Positions 23,989 through 35,815 of a stretch of DNA of 64,000 nt are shown here, piece after piece. Numbering within the stretch: the stretch's first letter is position 1; each line of letters begins with the position of its first letter. Source of the stretch: Azolla caroliniana (lineage: Eukaryota; Plantae; Polypodiophyta); NCBI GenBank assembly GCA_043228905.1, contig JBHGNT010000021.1:3782001-3846000 (forward strand), given 5' to 3'. The notes under the pieces are model-generated. The model was not told the DNA's origin and ran no database searches. It saw nothing but the letters and a program-made list of their open reading frames with translations. The position numbers and the translations under genes are program-made.

Positions 23989-25599
23989 CTACATCAAGTG
24001 AATTGTCCGTGGGATGCCTTTCTTTTCTTGTTTCCGGTATGACATCTCCCACTGATTGGTACCTGCACCTGTTTTTAGGGTATCCGCGGAAGTCCGAATC
24101 TCTTCGATGACGGCTTTGAGCATGGCCTCGGGATTACCTCCTCCCCGGTATCTGATGAATGTCTCGGCCATGGTCGCGGGAGTGACCGTGTTCTGGCCAC
24201 ACGCCACCTCCTCCAGCTCAATGAACAATTCCGGGTGGGTTTCCCGGGACGTGCCATCAAGGTAATTCACCGCTAGTTTCTCCACCACCGCGGGGGTGCA
24301 ATAGGAGAGGTGGATATGCATATCCATGCGGCCCGGTCTCAGCAATGCCGGGTCGAGCCTCTCCTTGAAATTGGTGGTGAAGATGAAGATCCGCTCCTCG
24401 GCGCACCCCGACCATAGCCCGTCGGTGAAATTCAGCAGCCCCGAGAGCGTCAGTTTGGAGGCGGTGGGGTCGGTTGCGGTGGTAACATGGGAGTTTTTAA
24501 TGGTGGAATCTTCCATGGTATTATTACCATTGGATTCGGGTCCATTGATGACATTGCTCCTCCGGTCCGCAAATTGGAACGAGCAATCGATGTCTTCTAT
24601 GACAATGATCGACTTGCGAGTGGTGCTCATGAGGAGCTTTTTGAGCTCGGCATTGTCCCTGACATTCGTGAGCTCGAGGTCATAGATGTCATAGTGGAGG
24701 CGGTTGGCTATGGCCGCAATGAGGCTGGACTTGCCCGTCCCGGGGGGGCCATGGAGGAGGTACCCACGCTTCCAAGCCCGGCCCAGATGGCGGTACAAGT
24801 CCTGGTTCTCGCGGAAGCTGTCGAGGTCATCGAGGAGCTTAGAGTGGAGGTCCGTGTCGAGGGCTATGCTATCAAAGGTGGAAGGATGGGTGAAGGGGAC
24901 AGAATCCCATTGGTCGTTCCCGAATCGGTGTAATCCGGCGTTCGAATAGATCTTGAGCTGCGTGTTCTTATGTTGGATCTCCATAGCCGTGCGTGTAACG
25001 TGCTCCAGATAGCCGGGCACGATGGCCGACCGGCCCGATGCCGGAAACTCGATAGCGAAGTACTCATTATAACTGCCCCCACCATTTGTCAGGCCTCCTC
25101 CATAGCCACCGCCTCCCCCCCATGGATTACCTCCTCCTCCATACCTTCCGGAGCCATCATTGGAATCTTCTTTCATTTTTTTCCACTGGACCACGACACC
25201 ATGGAAGGTGTCCTGGAGGATCACTGCGAGGGGGAGATGGAAACGGAGCGGGTCCCCCTCGCGGGCCCTCACGACATCTAGGTTCTTGTGGTTGCACAAT
25301 GCATTGTCGAGGGAGCTGATGTATAGCACCGAGTGGCGGTAGACATGGTTGATGCACCCATCCAATGTCTCCGGGATTCGGAGAGTGACAGTGTCGGGAG
25401 CCTCGTGATGGAAGAGCCACTGCCAGAGTGCATCCATCTTCCGGCTGAGCCACTGCTGGAGGGGGGGCGGCAGAAACCTCTCGAGGAGGGCATACATGCC
25501 CATCCAGTACATGGCAACCGACATGAAATCCATCCCGTTGCCGCCTCCGCCCCTGCCCCCACCCCCGCCCCCGCCCGCGCCCGCGCCCCCGCCCGCCAT
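23989..25599 (-). CDS. BCS1-like plant AAA ATPase, copy 2, intronless
   Basis: Same motifs as copy 1; longer Gly-rich tracts; first ATG at 25599. Confidence 0.93.
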   Translation of the reverse strand: MAGGGAGAGGGGGGGRGGGGNGMDFMSVAMYWMGMYALLERFLPPPLQQWLSRKMDALWQWLFHHEAPDTVTLRIPETLDGCINHVYRHSVLYISSLDNALCNHKNLDVVRAREGDPLRFHLPLAVILQDTFHGVVVQWKKMKEDSNDGSGRYGGGGNPWGGGGGYGGGLTNGGGSYNEYFAIEFPASGRSAIVPGYLEHVTRTAMEIQHKNTQLKIYSNAGLHRFGNDQWDSVPFTHPSTFDSIALDTDLHSKLLDDLDSFRENQDLYRHLGRAWKRGYLLHGPPGTGKSSLIAAIANRLHYDIYDLELTNVRDNAELKKLLMSTTRKSIIVIEDIDCSFQFADRRSNVINGPESNGNNTMEDSTIKNSHVTTATDPTASKLTLSGLLNFTDGLWSGCAEERIFIFTTNFKERLDPALLRPGRMDMHIHLSYCTPAVVEKLAVNYLDGTSRETHPELFIELEEVACGQNTVTPATMAETFIRYRGGGNPEAMLKAVIEEIRTSADTLKTGAGTNQWEMSYRKQEKKGIPRTIHLM

Positions 25600-26187
25600 T
25601 GGAACTCTTTTTAACCTAAAAAAGATTTGTCCCAATTTGCTCTAAAGCAAATTCATCAGATGATGAATGCAAACTTGCAATTGCCAATTCAACTTGCAGA
25701 TGATGAATGAGGCAATGAGTATATGCACACACCCGGCCAACATATATATAGTTCCTTAAGCTCTCTCAAAAGCAAAAAGCTCCTTACTTGCAAGGCCCGG
25801 CGAAAAAGGAAAGAAAAACACTACTCGTGTTCACACACGAGAGAGAGAGCACGACGCGCGAGAGAGAGAGACACACACTTGCTTTCTCTCTCCACTCTCG
25901 AGGTTCGTTTTTTCTATTCACAACCATTGTCCATATTTCATTCGAAATTTTTATTTTATTCCCTTATATAACATGCTCCAAAGTTGTCTATTGTCGAACC
26001 CATGTGAGAAAAGAAAGGCCCGACAACGTTTTGACAAAATGGGCACTCAAGATTCTAACTTTTGACCATATAAATTCTCTCCAATGTCCATCAAGATGGT
26101 ATACACAACATTTTGACGTCAATTCTCTTCCAATCCCCCATGTTAGGAGGGTTAAGGGTGCCGTTCCGAGAAGATCCATGTAAAGAA

Positions 26188-26420
26188 ATCCTTTGGTTTC
26201 ACAAATTGGACAACCTAGGCTCTGTCTACCCATTGTTCACAAATACAAGATCCTTTGGTTTCACAAATTGGACAACCTAGGCTCTTGTCTATGCATAGTT
26301 CACAAATACAAGATCCTTTGGTTTCACAAATTGGACAACCCTGTCTATCCATAGTTCACAAATACAAGACAAATTGGACAACCTAGGCTCTATCTAACCA
26401 TAGTTCACAAATACAAGACA
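26188..26420. repeat. ~62-bp tandem repeat, ~4 copies
   Basis: atcctttggtttcacaaattggacaacc recurs at 26188, 26250, 26313 and partially near 26370; paralogous units at 20700, 20762 and 20930. Confidence 0.85.
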
Positions 26421-26665
26421 GTAAACATGGAAAACCAACATTTCCAAAGCAGCCCATAAGAGAAAAGCAAAATTCTATACTAGAGATCTAAAGTTTGCGT
26501 CCTTTGATTCTCTTTACTTTTTTATAGCTCAAAACAAAAGATTTTAACAAGAAGAAAAACCACAATGCTTCCTTTATTCTCTTTACTTCTTTACAACTCA
26601 AATCAAAGATTTTAACAAGAAAAGCACGATTGACATTGGAAGGTTCCGAAGAGGAGAGAAAGTGC

Positions 26666-27122
26666 CAATGATTTGAAACATCTATACTCATATAAAATTG
26701 CTTCGCCACTATCACCACACCTTGGTGGTATACCTCAGCTATTAACCTTTGAAAGCAGCAATGATTTGAAACATCTATACTCATATAAAATTGCTTCGCC
26801 ACTATCACCACACCTTGGTGGTATACCTCAGCTATTAACCTTTGAAAGCAGCAATGATTTGAAACATCTATACTCATATAAAGTTGCTCCGCCACTATCA
26901 CCACACCTTGGTGGTATACCTCAGCTATTAACCTTTGAAAGCACCAATGATCTGAAACATCTATACTCATATAAAGTTGCTCCGCCACTATCACCACACC
27001 TTGGTGGTATACCTCAGCTATTAACCTTTGAAAGCACCAATGATTTGAAACATCTATAGTAATAAAGTTGCTCCACGGACTATCACCACACCTTGGTGGT
27101 ATACCCAAGCTTTTAACCTTTA
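26666..27122. repeat. 93-bp minisatellite, ~5 copies
   Basis: caatgat(t/c)tgaaacatctata recurs at 26666, 26759, 26852, 26945, 27038. Confidence 0.95.
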
Positions 27123-27424
27123 AATGTTAGCTCCCGAAAGGACTGAAATATTTACACTTAGGTTTGACAACTACAACTATACCTAGGTAGATAAACAAGC
27201 TATTCACGTTTAAATGATATTACACCCCTCAACACCAATTCGGTAAGAGTAGTTATGATTCATGAACAATGCTCAAGTACATGCACACAAGTTTACTACT
27301 AGCCCTTTTCACATTGTCGTGGTTTTCTAAGCGCGCTATATACAAACATGTAACAAAAACCACGAAATGGCTCCCTCTTGCCAAAGTACGCAAAAAGGGC
27401 ACAATAATGAAGACAATCCCATGA

Positions 27425-28867
27425 TTAGACTCCCGTCGGCCATGCCTCTGGAACTTCGTGAATATCGTACTGATCCGATAGAGGTAGGAGAGCTTGGGAC
27501 GAGTCGAAGAAGACAAAGGCATCATAGCGACGAGCGAGGCAAGTCGGAACATAGTTTCCCCATCGCTCCGTCAAAGGCTCATAAACCACTCCGATGGCTC
27601 GGTTACCCCGCCACTCTAACAGGACACTTGGAGATGTATTCTTACTATCCATGGCATCCACAACCACATTGTCATCATTATTGGTGTCCTTGGACCTTTT
27701 GCCCTTGGGAGGCCCAAAGAGGAGATAGAACTGTTGGAGATGCCCTGCAGCCTTATGCAAGATGTCCTCGAACGAGTCCGGCTTGGCCTCGGGCACACGT
27801 AGCTTCTGCACGGGACCCGTCCACTTGTTAGACGCGACTACCGAACCCTTGTAGGTCCCAAACCCCACTAATGCAACCTCTTCTTCACCGTACCGGAGCC
27901 GGGCCAAGCCCCCAATATTCACGCTCCCTTGCTTCTCCATGCTTGTGTAGCGATAATCCCCGATGTGCGTGTTATGGGCCCACACGATGGCGCGCCCTTT
28001 GTCCGGCGTGTGTCGGACCAACAGCTCCAAAGTCTCCATCATGTGCCGGTCCCTCACATTCCATGACTCCGAGCTGCTCCCGAACATGACCGTGCGGTAG
28101 TACTTCTCGGCATCCACAGCAACCTTTGCGTTTTGCTTTATGTCTCTCACGACCTCTTCCTCGTCCTCGGACTTGATCCTAAACCGCTTCTTCCTTACCT
28201 CTTGCAAGACCCGGATCACCTCGGCTTTACACCCCTCGGGGCACTCGGCCAAAAGGTTCATGTATTCTTGTTCGTCCCGATTGGACTGGTGGAAGCACGC
28301 ATATTGCGCCTTCGCCTTCTCCGCGAGGTCCGGGTCAAGCTTCTCAAGCTCCGATATGACCACATCCATGGACTCGAAGAGCGAGTAAAGGTCAAGGCCG
28401 TAGAATCGCACCTTCCGTCCGCTTTCTTCATTGTAGGACTTGAGCCAATTGATGAATGATTCGGTCTCTTTGTTTGCCCACATCCAAGTGGGCCATCTTC
28501 GGAAAGCCTTCTTCAAAACCTCCCCGGCAGGAGGTGATGTTTCACACTTGTCTAGCTTCTCCGTCTTCTTGCTGGCCGCGGTGGCGGCGGACGAAGAGAA
28601 GGCGCCCAAGAGTTTCTTATTGACCGTCTGAGATGCCGGCCAATCGCCTTCGATCGCAACGAACTCGAATCCGTGCTCCGAGATGAGGCGTTGGGATATG
28701 AGACTCCGCCACTCGTAGAAATCATGGGTGCCATGGCTCGCCTCGCCCAGCATGACCACCCGAGCTTTGCTAATGAACTCTACGAGCCCCGAGAGGCTAT
28801 TATTCTGGTCATGGAGTGGGACCGCCCGCTTCGCCACTTCCTTCAGGAGCCCTTCACCCACTGGCAT
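27425..28867 (-). CDS. Erythromycin esterase (Ere/ChaN-like superfamily) protein, intronless, ~480 aa
   Basis: Family motifs VMLGEASHGTHDFYEWR, FVAIEGDWP, RWPTWMWAN, FYGLDLYSL, SWNVRDRHM, IVWAHNTHIGD, RAIGVVY, YDAFVFFD and C-terminal PEAWPTGV. Confidence 0.92.
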   Translation of the reverse strand: MPVGEGLLKEVAKRAVPLHDQNNSLSGLVEFISKARVVMLGEASHGTHDFYEWRSLISQRLISEHGFEFVAIEGDWPASQTVNKKLLGAFSSSAATAASKKTEKLDKCETSPPAGEVLKKAFRRWPTWMWANKETESFINWLKSYNEESGRKVRFYGLDLYSLFESMDVVISELEKLDPDLAEKAKAQYACFHQSNRDEQEYMNLLAECPEGCKAEVIRVLQEVRKKRFRIKSEDEEEVVRDIKQNAKVAVDAEKYYRTVMFGSSSESWNVRDRHMMETLELLVRHTPDKGRAIVWAHNTHIGDYRYTSMEKQGSVNIGGLARLRYGEEEVALVGFGTYKGSVVASNKWTGPVQKLRVPEAKPDSFEDILHKAAGHLQQFYLLFGPPKGKRSKDTNNDDNVVVDAMDSKNTSPSVLLEWRGNRAIGVVYEPLTERWGNYVPTCLARRYDAFVFFDSSQALLPLSDQYDIHEVPEAWPTGV

Positions 28868-29154
28868 GATCAATCAATGTATGTAGTTATAGGAGTCCTT
28901 TTTTTTAAAATTAAATGATGATGAGCAATTAACTATGGCTAAAACCTGGCCGTTAACTAATTATGATGGTTATTATGTATGTAGTAGAAATCCCTCTTTT
29001 TGTTTTACCTATGATTAATTTAACTATGGCTAAACCTGGCTGTTAACTAATTATGATGGCTAAAAGGAAATGTATTAACAAAAATGTGTTTCCTAATAGA
29101 TTTCCTTTTATTTATTCGTATGCTGATGTGGCACTTACCATATTTAGCAAACCA

Positions 29155-29192
29155 TTCTTCTTCTTCTTCTTCTTCTTCTTCTTCTTCTTCTT
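29155..29192. repeat. (TTC)n microsatellite
   Basis: About 12 TTC units read directly. Confidence 0.95.
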
Positions 29193-30014
29193 GATGCTTC
29201 CAGATGAAAATCCCCAAATTCATTTCATTCTTTACATCTCAATACATTGAGGAAGATGGAAGCACAGAAATGAATGAATGATTAAAGGAAGTAGATTGTT
29301 CACCCCACTAGGGAGTTTGAATAGTATTTTTGGATCCATTTTTACCACATTTGTCCTCAACCCCAATCGTGGGAAAGGATAGTGTGGATGGGTGAATATA
29401 ATGTGTTGCTCCATGGGGACATGTGTGGGGAACAAAATTTTAAAAAAGGTTATGGCCTATATCACCACAACTATGAATCAAATACCTTGCATGGTTCCTC
29501 TAACATGTCAATGTGTGACTAATCTTTCAAGAAAAATGTTACATAGATGTCGATTATCAATGATTTTCTTGAACTCTGGCTTGCTATATGTGTATTGCGG
29601 TGTCACGAAAACTTGATCCATGCATGAATATATAAGTTATAAACTGATTTCGGCATCATCAATTGATATGACACCAATAGTATCAATCGTGAATGTTGCA
29701 ACAATAGATCATCAATTGAAGAATTGAAATATTTGCACTTGCATATAAGTTTGTATAAAAAAAGGCACTCCGAGAAAAAACAAAAGGTTTCTTATTTTAA
29801 AAGACATGTGTTCAAAATATTCATCTTTAAACTAGTGTATGACTATTTTCACCTTTAGTTCTTGTAGTTAAGTATTTATAGTTTGGCATGCTACTACATT
29901 ACATTTTCGGTTATCGAGTTGAGACAAGCTATGATCAAATGAAATTGCACTCGAGATATTGTTTTAACTAGATTCGAGCTTGTGCATAGGTCCTCAAATT
30001 GTACACCTGCAGAT

Positions 30015-30542
30015 CACTATTAACAATCAGCAACGGAACTGCGATACCACGACTGAACAACTTAACGGTTCAATTTGGTTTGGTTCAGTTCTAGTTTTTT
30101 TAACGGTTCGGGTTTGGTTCGGTTTGAATGGTTTGAATCCATGGTTTAGGGTTGCTAGTTCATTATTATTTTTAATATTTTTTTAAACAACCTTTTCAAT
30201 AGGAGGGAGGAACAAAGGAGAGCCCACACACGGGCGCTTAGGAATTCGCTATACCCACCAAATTTTGGTTTTTTAAGTCTATTTCTCACATTTTAGAAAA
30301 AAATCTTTAAAATTTTGAATTATTTAAAATTTAAAATAATGAAAATTTAAAAAGTTTGAATTTTGACCTAATTTGATAACTGAAATTGAACCATGAAACC
30401 ATAACTTTAATAGTTTGAACTTTTCCTAACGGTTCGGTTTAAACAGTTTTGGTTTTAATGGTTGTCGTTCAAGTTTCAAATTTTTAAATGGTCTGGTTAT
30501 GACACTCTCGAACCAAACCGTTGCCAATTGTTAATCACTATG
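30015..30542. mobile_element. Non-autonomous TIR element (MITE-like)
   Basis: Imperfect TIRs attaacaatcagcaacgg (30019-30036) and ccgttgccaattgttaat (30518-30535), 16/18 match; subterminal GGTTC/GGTTT motifs; no coding capacity. Confidence 0.6.
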
Positions 30543-31837
30543 CCAATATGTCTTGAATCAAATTGTTTGTAATGACTACTCTAAAAGACATGTGCCAATT
30601 CATCTACATCCAACTTGATTCCTAACTATCACACCCCTCATCAAAATTGTTGGAGATGTAACCGAAGATTGATGAAATAATGAAGACTTTCCACATTTTG
30701 ATACTTAAGTACAAAGCATTAGAAAGCAGCTCCTAGAAATTGTCGCCAATGACAACAAAAGAGGAATAGTTGATACAAGTGCAAATGACCTTCAAAAATC
30801 ACGAAAGAAATTTGGCCTAGCCCCCACCCCATCTTGGCTTCCATGATACTTTAAAAAGTGTACGGATGGAATAATTTCTATTACCAAAAGAGTTTCAATG
30901 AGATCAAGAGTTTGTGGATCACTTGTTCAACAAAAACATTTAAGAATCTCTACGTTTTCAACTCTTACCATTCACTTTTTCTAATATGCCTACAAACATG
31001 ACACACTTTTCTTCGCCAAACCCAATAAAGAATTATTATATCACTAGTGCCCCAATCTACATGAAGAGATACCTAAATACGTCCCATCAGAAAGCAAAAC
31101 AATCATGGTCAAGAATCTTTGTTCATGAGATGTATTAGACTACGTAATAGGAGTTGGTAGATGGAATGCTAAAAATGATTCATTCAATTAGCTTTAGGAC
31201 CAAGATTCATTAAAATGCACAAAAACATTGAACAAAACTTGGAAACCAACTTTACTTCTCATAGGTTTATTACATCATCAAGTTACTGTTGAATGCTATA
31301 CAGCTCAATCAAGGAACATGAGGCATAAAATGTGATCACAAATACAAATTACAAACTGGTAACTGGCAAGGGAGAAGGACTTCACATTCAAATCCCCCCC
31401 CTTCCTACTTGTTTGTGGAGACACTTGATGAGTTTTTTAATTGTGTATTCTGTTACTACCTCTTTTCACCACTCACAAATCCTCAAATGATTTGAACTGA
31501 TTCATATGAACTGGACAACATAATAAAAAGTTTGCATTGCATCCACATTGTAAGCGGTTATTCATTTCTAGATTACATGAAAATATGAGATGGTGAATTA
31601 ACGGGGAAACAGGCATCTGCACATCAGAAGTGGATGTTTCATAAACATCAAAAAGATCTTGATTCGTTACAAAACTTCATGCAATGTAGGGAATATGCAT
31701 AACATTCATTAACACAATAGCATGAAAATGCAGGAAACAAAGCATTAATCTTGCCAAGAGATTTTATACGAATACTATATACGTTACGTAGTTCAGCAGG
31801 ATAGATATAAAAGTGAGAATATATCTACCTGACTTGG

Positions 31838-31940
31838 CTTCTCTACAGTGTATGGTACACCTTTAAAACAAGTCTTCTCTACAGTGTATGGTACACCTTT
31901 AAAACAAGTCTTCTCTACAGTGTATGGTACACGTTTAAAA
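31838..31940. repeat. 36-bp tandem repeat, ~3 copies
   Basis: cttctctacagtgtatggtacac at 31838, 31874, 31910. Confidence 0.9.
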
Positions 31941-32869
31941 ATGTTGTATTATATCAATAAAGCTATGTTATATCCACAGTTGATCACCTCTTAAAAGTAG
32001 GATTAGCCCACAAACAGTCAAGTTATACATGCAAATACATTGACAATCATGCCCGTTTACTGTTGCCAGAAAATTCCAGGTTATATCCGTAGACCAAAAA
32101 TGATTAGTTTAACAGAATTCATGTTATATCAGCAAATACCCAGACTATCATAGCCATCACTCAAATCATATATTTCACACTATGTTCATTAGGAAATCCC
32201 TGTTCAATTCATAACTAGACTAAAGAAAGTTCGCTAATCCAATTACATAAAAAAAAGCTCAACATAAATAGCTCAACACTATCCCAATCACATAAAAATA
32301 GCTGCAACATAACCGTATATCCACCCCATGGCTGGAATGAAAAAGACATGAGTGGCCAAAAACATTTTGAAAGTAAAATTAGCCTAAAAAGCGTCACATT
32401 TCATCATCATCGAATACAAAAATTGTTATCCATCAGATGCCTCTACCCTTGATAAAAAAAAAGGCAGTATCCTACACCATAAGATACCTCTACAGCGCAT
32501 GAATAGCATACAGAAAGTCATGTCACACCATGACATACATCAACAAATCATACCCATATTACATTATCAAACATCTCAACCATAGCATTGAAAGAGAGAG
32601 AGAAACATAATATGCTATATCATCAAATATCTGATCACCTCAAAAAGAAACAAATGTTATATATCAACACATACATCTAGCCTCAGGACAAAAAAAAGTT
32701 TGACATGTTACATGACCAAATACATCTCGAAAGCATGATTAGCTACAAAAAACAAGTCAGAATTATATCGGCAAATGAACCGCCAATCATTCGCTATCCA
32801 GCGCATTAAACAAGCCATGTTATATATTGGACATATACCCTCTTAGGGAGAAGAAAAACCCCAAACATA

Positions 32870-33433
32870 TTATACCACCACATACCTCTTCAAAGCGTGC
32901 TTTCCACCGGCAGCTGCGGCCGCGGCAATGCCACCAAGTGCGCCGGCAAAGGCGGCGGCACGAGGCCCAGCCCCGACTCTAAACAAAGCTCCAGTCCCAA
33001 GCCCAGCCACCACACTATTGAGTATATCATCAGTTCCACGTTGGTGTGTAAGCCCACTCTCTAGTCCTGCATACAGTAGCCCCACAACCCCCATCTTGTT
33101 CCCATATGAACGCCCCCTATGTCCAGACGCATTTAAGAGGCGGTTCACACGCAGCTTGAGGGTATCATCATGCTCGGCAGCTCGTAATCCGTCAAAGAAC
33201 CCTAATGTGCCTCCGGTGAGAGATCCTGCTAAGTATCCACACCCAGTATAGTATGTCAGATTTTCGCTCCAATTCCGATGCTTCACTGCAGCCTCCTCAG
33301 GGAAGAGGTATTGGGGTGAGGATGGGAGCTTGTAGAGGGAGTTGATCGATTTCTGGTCAAACGATGTGCCTTTATATTCTGCAAATGGGTTGTAATAGCG
33401 ACCATCTTCACCGTTGCCAGTTGAAGATGCCAT
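32870..33433 (-). CDS. TIM23: Mitochondrial inner membrane translocase subunit Tim23 (Tim17/22/23 family), 187 aa
   Basis: RYYNPF, LYKLPSSPQYLFPEE, WSENLTYYTGCGYL, KLRVNRLLNASG, DDILNSVVAGLGTGALFR resemble plant TIM23; first ATG at 33433. Confidence 0.92.
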   Translation of the reverse strand: MASSTGNGEDGRYYNPFAEYKGTSFDQKSINSLYKLPSSPQYLFPEEAAVKHRNWSENLTYYTGCGYLAGSLTGGTLGFFDGLRAAEHDDTLKLRVNRLLNASGHRGRSYGNKMGVVGLLYAGLESGLTHQRGTDDILNSVVAGLGTGALFRVGAGPRAAAFAGALGGIAAAAAAGGKHALKRYVVV

Positions 33434-33773
33434 GGATGTTGCGAATCGAAGGTGGAACAACAGAGGATAGTATTGACGAAATTCAGAACAAACAGAAAAA
33501 AAAAAAAAAAAAGACAGAGAACGATTCTATTCGAGGTTTGGACTGAAGATCCCCGCCCCCACCTTACAGATTTCTTGTGAAAGAGGAGGATAAAATCTCA
33601 ATACAGAGATTTCCCGTGTCCTCTCTCACTCTCTGTGTCTGTGTATATGAGTCTCTGTGTCTTCCTTTCCCCTGTCTCTGTCAAAACCCTCCTCAAGCAA
33701 GGGTCAAGGGTTTTAGCATTTCTCTGAGGTATATGCCCAACAAATGCAAAACCCTTTTCACACTTGGGCGCCC

Positions 33774-34028
33774 AAACATCCTGACCACAGATCAAAAGCC
33801 TTTTGGCTTCCACCCGAAAGCCCTCCGCACCCATTCACCGGTCATATTTATTACATATATTATTATATACATATGGCCTTTGCCTCTGTTACCGACCTTT
33901 CACAAGCCAAACATCCCGACCACAACACAAAATGCCTTTGGCTTCCATCCGAAAGCCTTCACTCACTTTCAATTATCAGATATACATACATATGGGCTTT
34001 GCCTCTGTTATCGACCTTTCACAAGCCT
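33774..34028. repeat. Imperfect ~130-bp tandem duplication upstream of TIM23
   Basis: aaacatcc.gaccaca...ttggcttcca.ccgaaagcc...tttgcctctgtta.cgacctttcacaagcc occurs twice. Confidence 0.75.
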
Positions 34029-35815
34029 CGCTCACATTCAATCATCTTGTGTGGTTCTGATTCCACCATTGAGACGGGCTTTCTCTCTCTCTCTCTCTCT
34101 CTCTCTGATTGGATAAATGCCCATTTTGTAAACCTACTGTCTCATGGGCCAATTTTGGCCTTAGAAGACGTTAATATTTCTTTCTTTCTCTCTTTTATCG
34201 GCACGTGTAAGGTGTGTATATGTGTAGGAACGACATCGGTATCTACCTCGAACATTTAGCGTGCTTGCTCCGCCCCCGGTTTGTGAATTCATTGTCCATC
34301 TACTTCTCCAACTCAACAAAAAGAGGAAATGGTGTGTGCATGCTTACCGATTTGTGGGGACAAACAAGTGCCACAAATAATAACAGTTTGTGCAAAGGGT
34401 CTGATAATTGATCTCAGTGGATCTTTGCATTTCAAACTATGTTGTACAGTGAAAGCCTTATCATATAAGAAAACAAAAACCACCAAATTAGAGGTACAAC
34501 ATAATTTTGCTAGCTTTAGATATAAAAAGCTATAAAAACATAGAAACGAGCTCTTATTATGAGCTACCAACATATGTTTTTACTACACAAGCATTTTGTT
34601 GGGTTCAAGAAAGGGTTTTGAATAAACCCTAATTAGAACAGCTTCCTCTATGCCTCTATTGGTCCCTGGATATTTTGATTGGAAATATAAAGCATATATT
34701 TGGATTTAGTCTTCCTAGTGGCATGTGTGACAAGATGAATGTGCTTTCTCTTATAAGTGAAAGGATATGTTGGGAACAATTTGCACTTGAGACTCAAGCA
34801 ACAATGCTCTCAAGAGCTTGAAAGATGGAGTTGGATCTTAGACCTTTGATCTTTTTTGAATCTTTGGGTCTCAACTATATTGACTATAAGATAAATTTAT
34901 TCTGATTGAACCCTAATTAAGAGCATCCATGACTAACACCATCCATCAATTAGGACTGATCAACACATGACTAACACCATCCATCAATATGACTCCTCAC
35001 TAATCACATCTTACATATAAGAATGATAAAGTATTCATAACCCATTCAAAATCTTGGAATGATATTTGGAAATGATATCCCTTTGTTGGATGAATGAAGA
35101 ATGGTTAAAACTTGCAAACACTTTTTTCAACACTGACTCATAAACATGACATGAAGACAACTTTTTTTCAATACCAATACATAAACTCTTTAATTTTAAT
35201 CTTCCACTTCATCCCAAATTAGTATACACTTATGCCAATCCTACATTACCACAAAGGTTCCCAAAATAATTCTAGATCGATGAGTCATGAAGAAGACTAG
35301 CCATGAATATGGGATGAACAGAGAAGTTGTATTGAACAGAGAAGTTGTATTGGACATAGAACGAACAAGATTCTGGTAGGCACAACCCCAGACAAGTGCT
35401 GAAAACCGAATTGTCATAACTCCAATGAGATGGAAGCCTTGTAATCCCTGAGGACCTCTTACCCCCACCATATGCAACTTACGTCCAGTTCCTCAGCACT
35501 TTCCCCTTTAATGTTTCCCATACTACTAAATCATATTTTCTACTGCCTAAAGTGGACCTTGAACCATTTGTAATTGGTGAACACAAAAAGTTCCCCTATC
35601 TACCAAGTGTAATGACCAATCATTCCTCTCTCACTAAGTCAAATTACTACTGCAGCACCATGAAGCAGTTCAGATCTAAATCTAGCCATTTCCCATATCA
35701 ACATGTGTAGGATTTACATCCACCCAATGCAGAGGAAAGAAAGAAAGAAAAAATATTTTCCTTGTCATAACACCTGGATCCATAGGAACAAGAAATGCTG
35801 TGTTAATCAAGCCTA

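Larger units (their letters stand above)
16883..27075. repeat. Tandem segmental duplication (copy 1 ~16883-21371; copy 2 ~22506-27075)
   Basis: Constant 5623-bp offset between paired landmarks (16987/22610, 18366/23989); near-identical sequence. Confidence 0.95.

Noticed and set aside
26488-27108. 206-aa and 128-aa repetitive ORFs
   Set aside because: By-products of a 93-bp (multiple of three) minisatellite; no recognisable domain.
27425-28867. Bacterial contamination as the source of the esterase
   Set aside because: No operon neighbours; the flanks are plant-like and continuous with the duplication repeats. Long-read confirmation is still needed.
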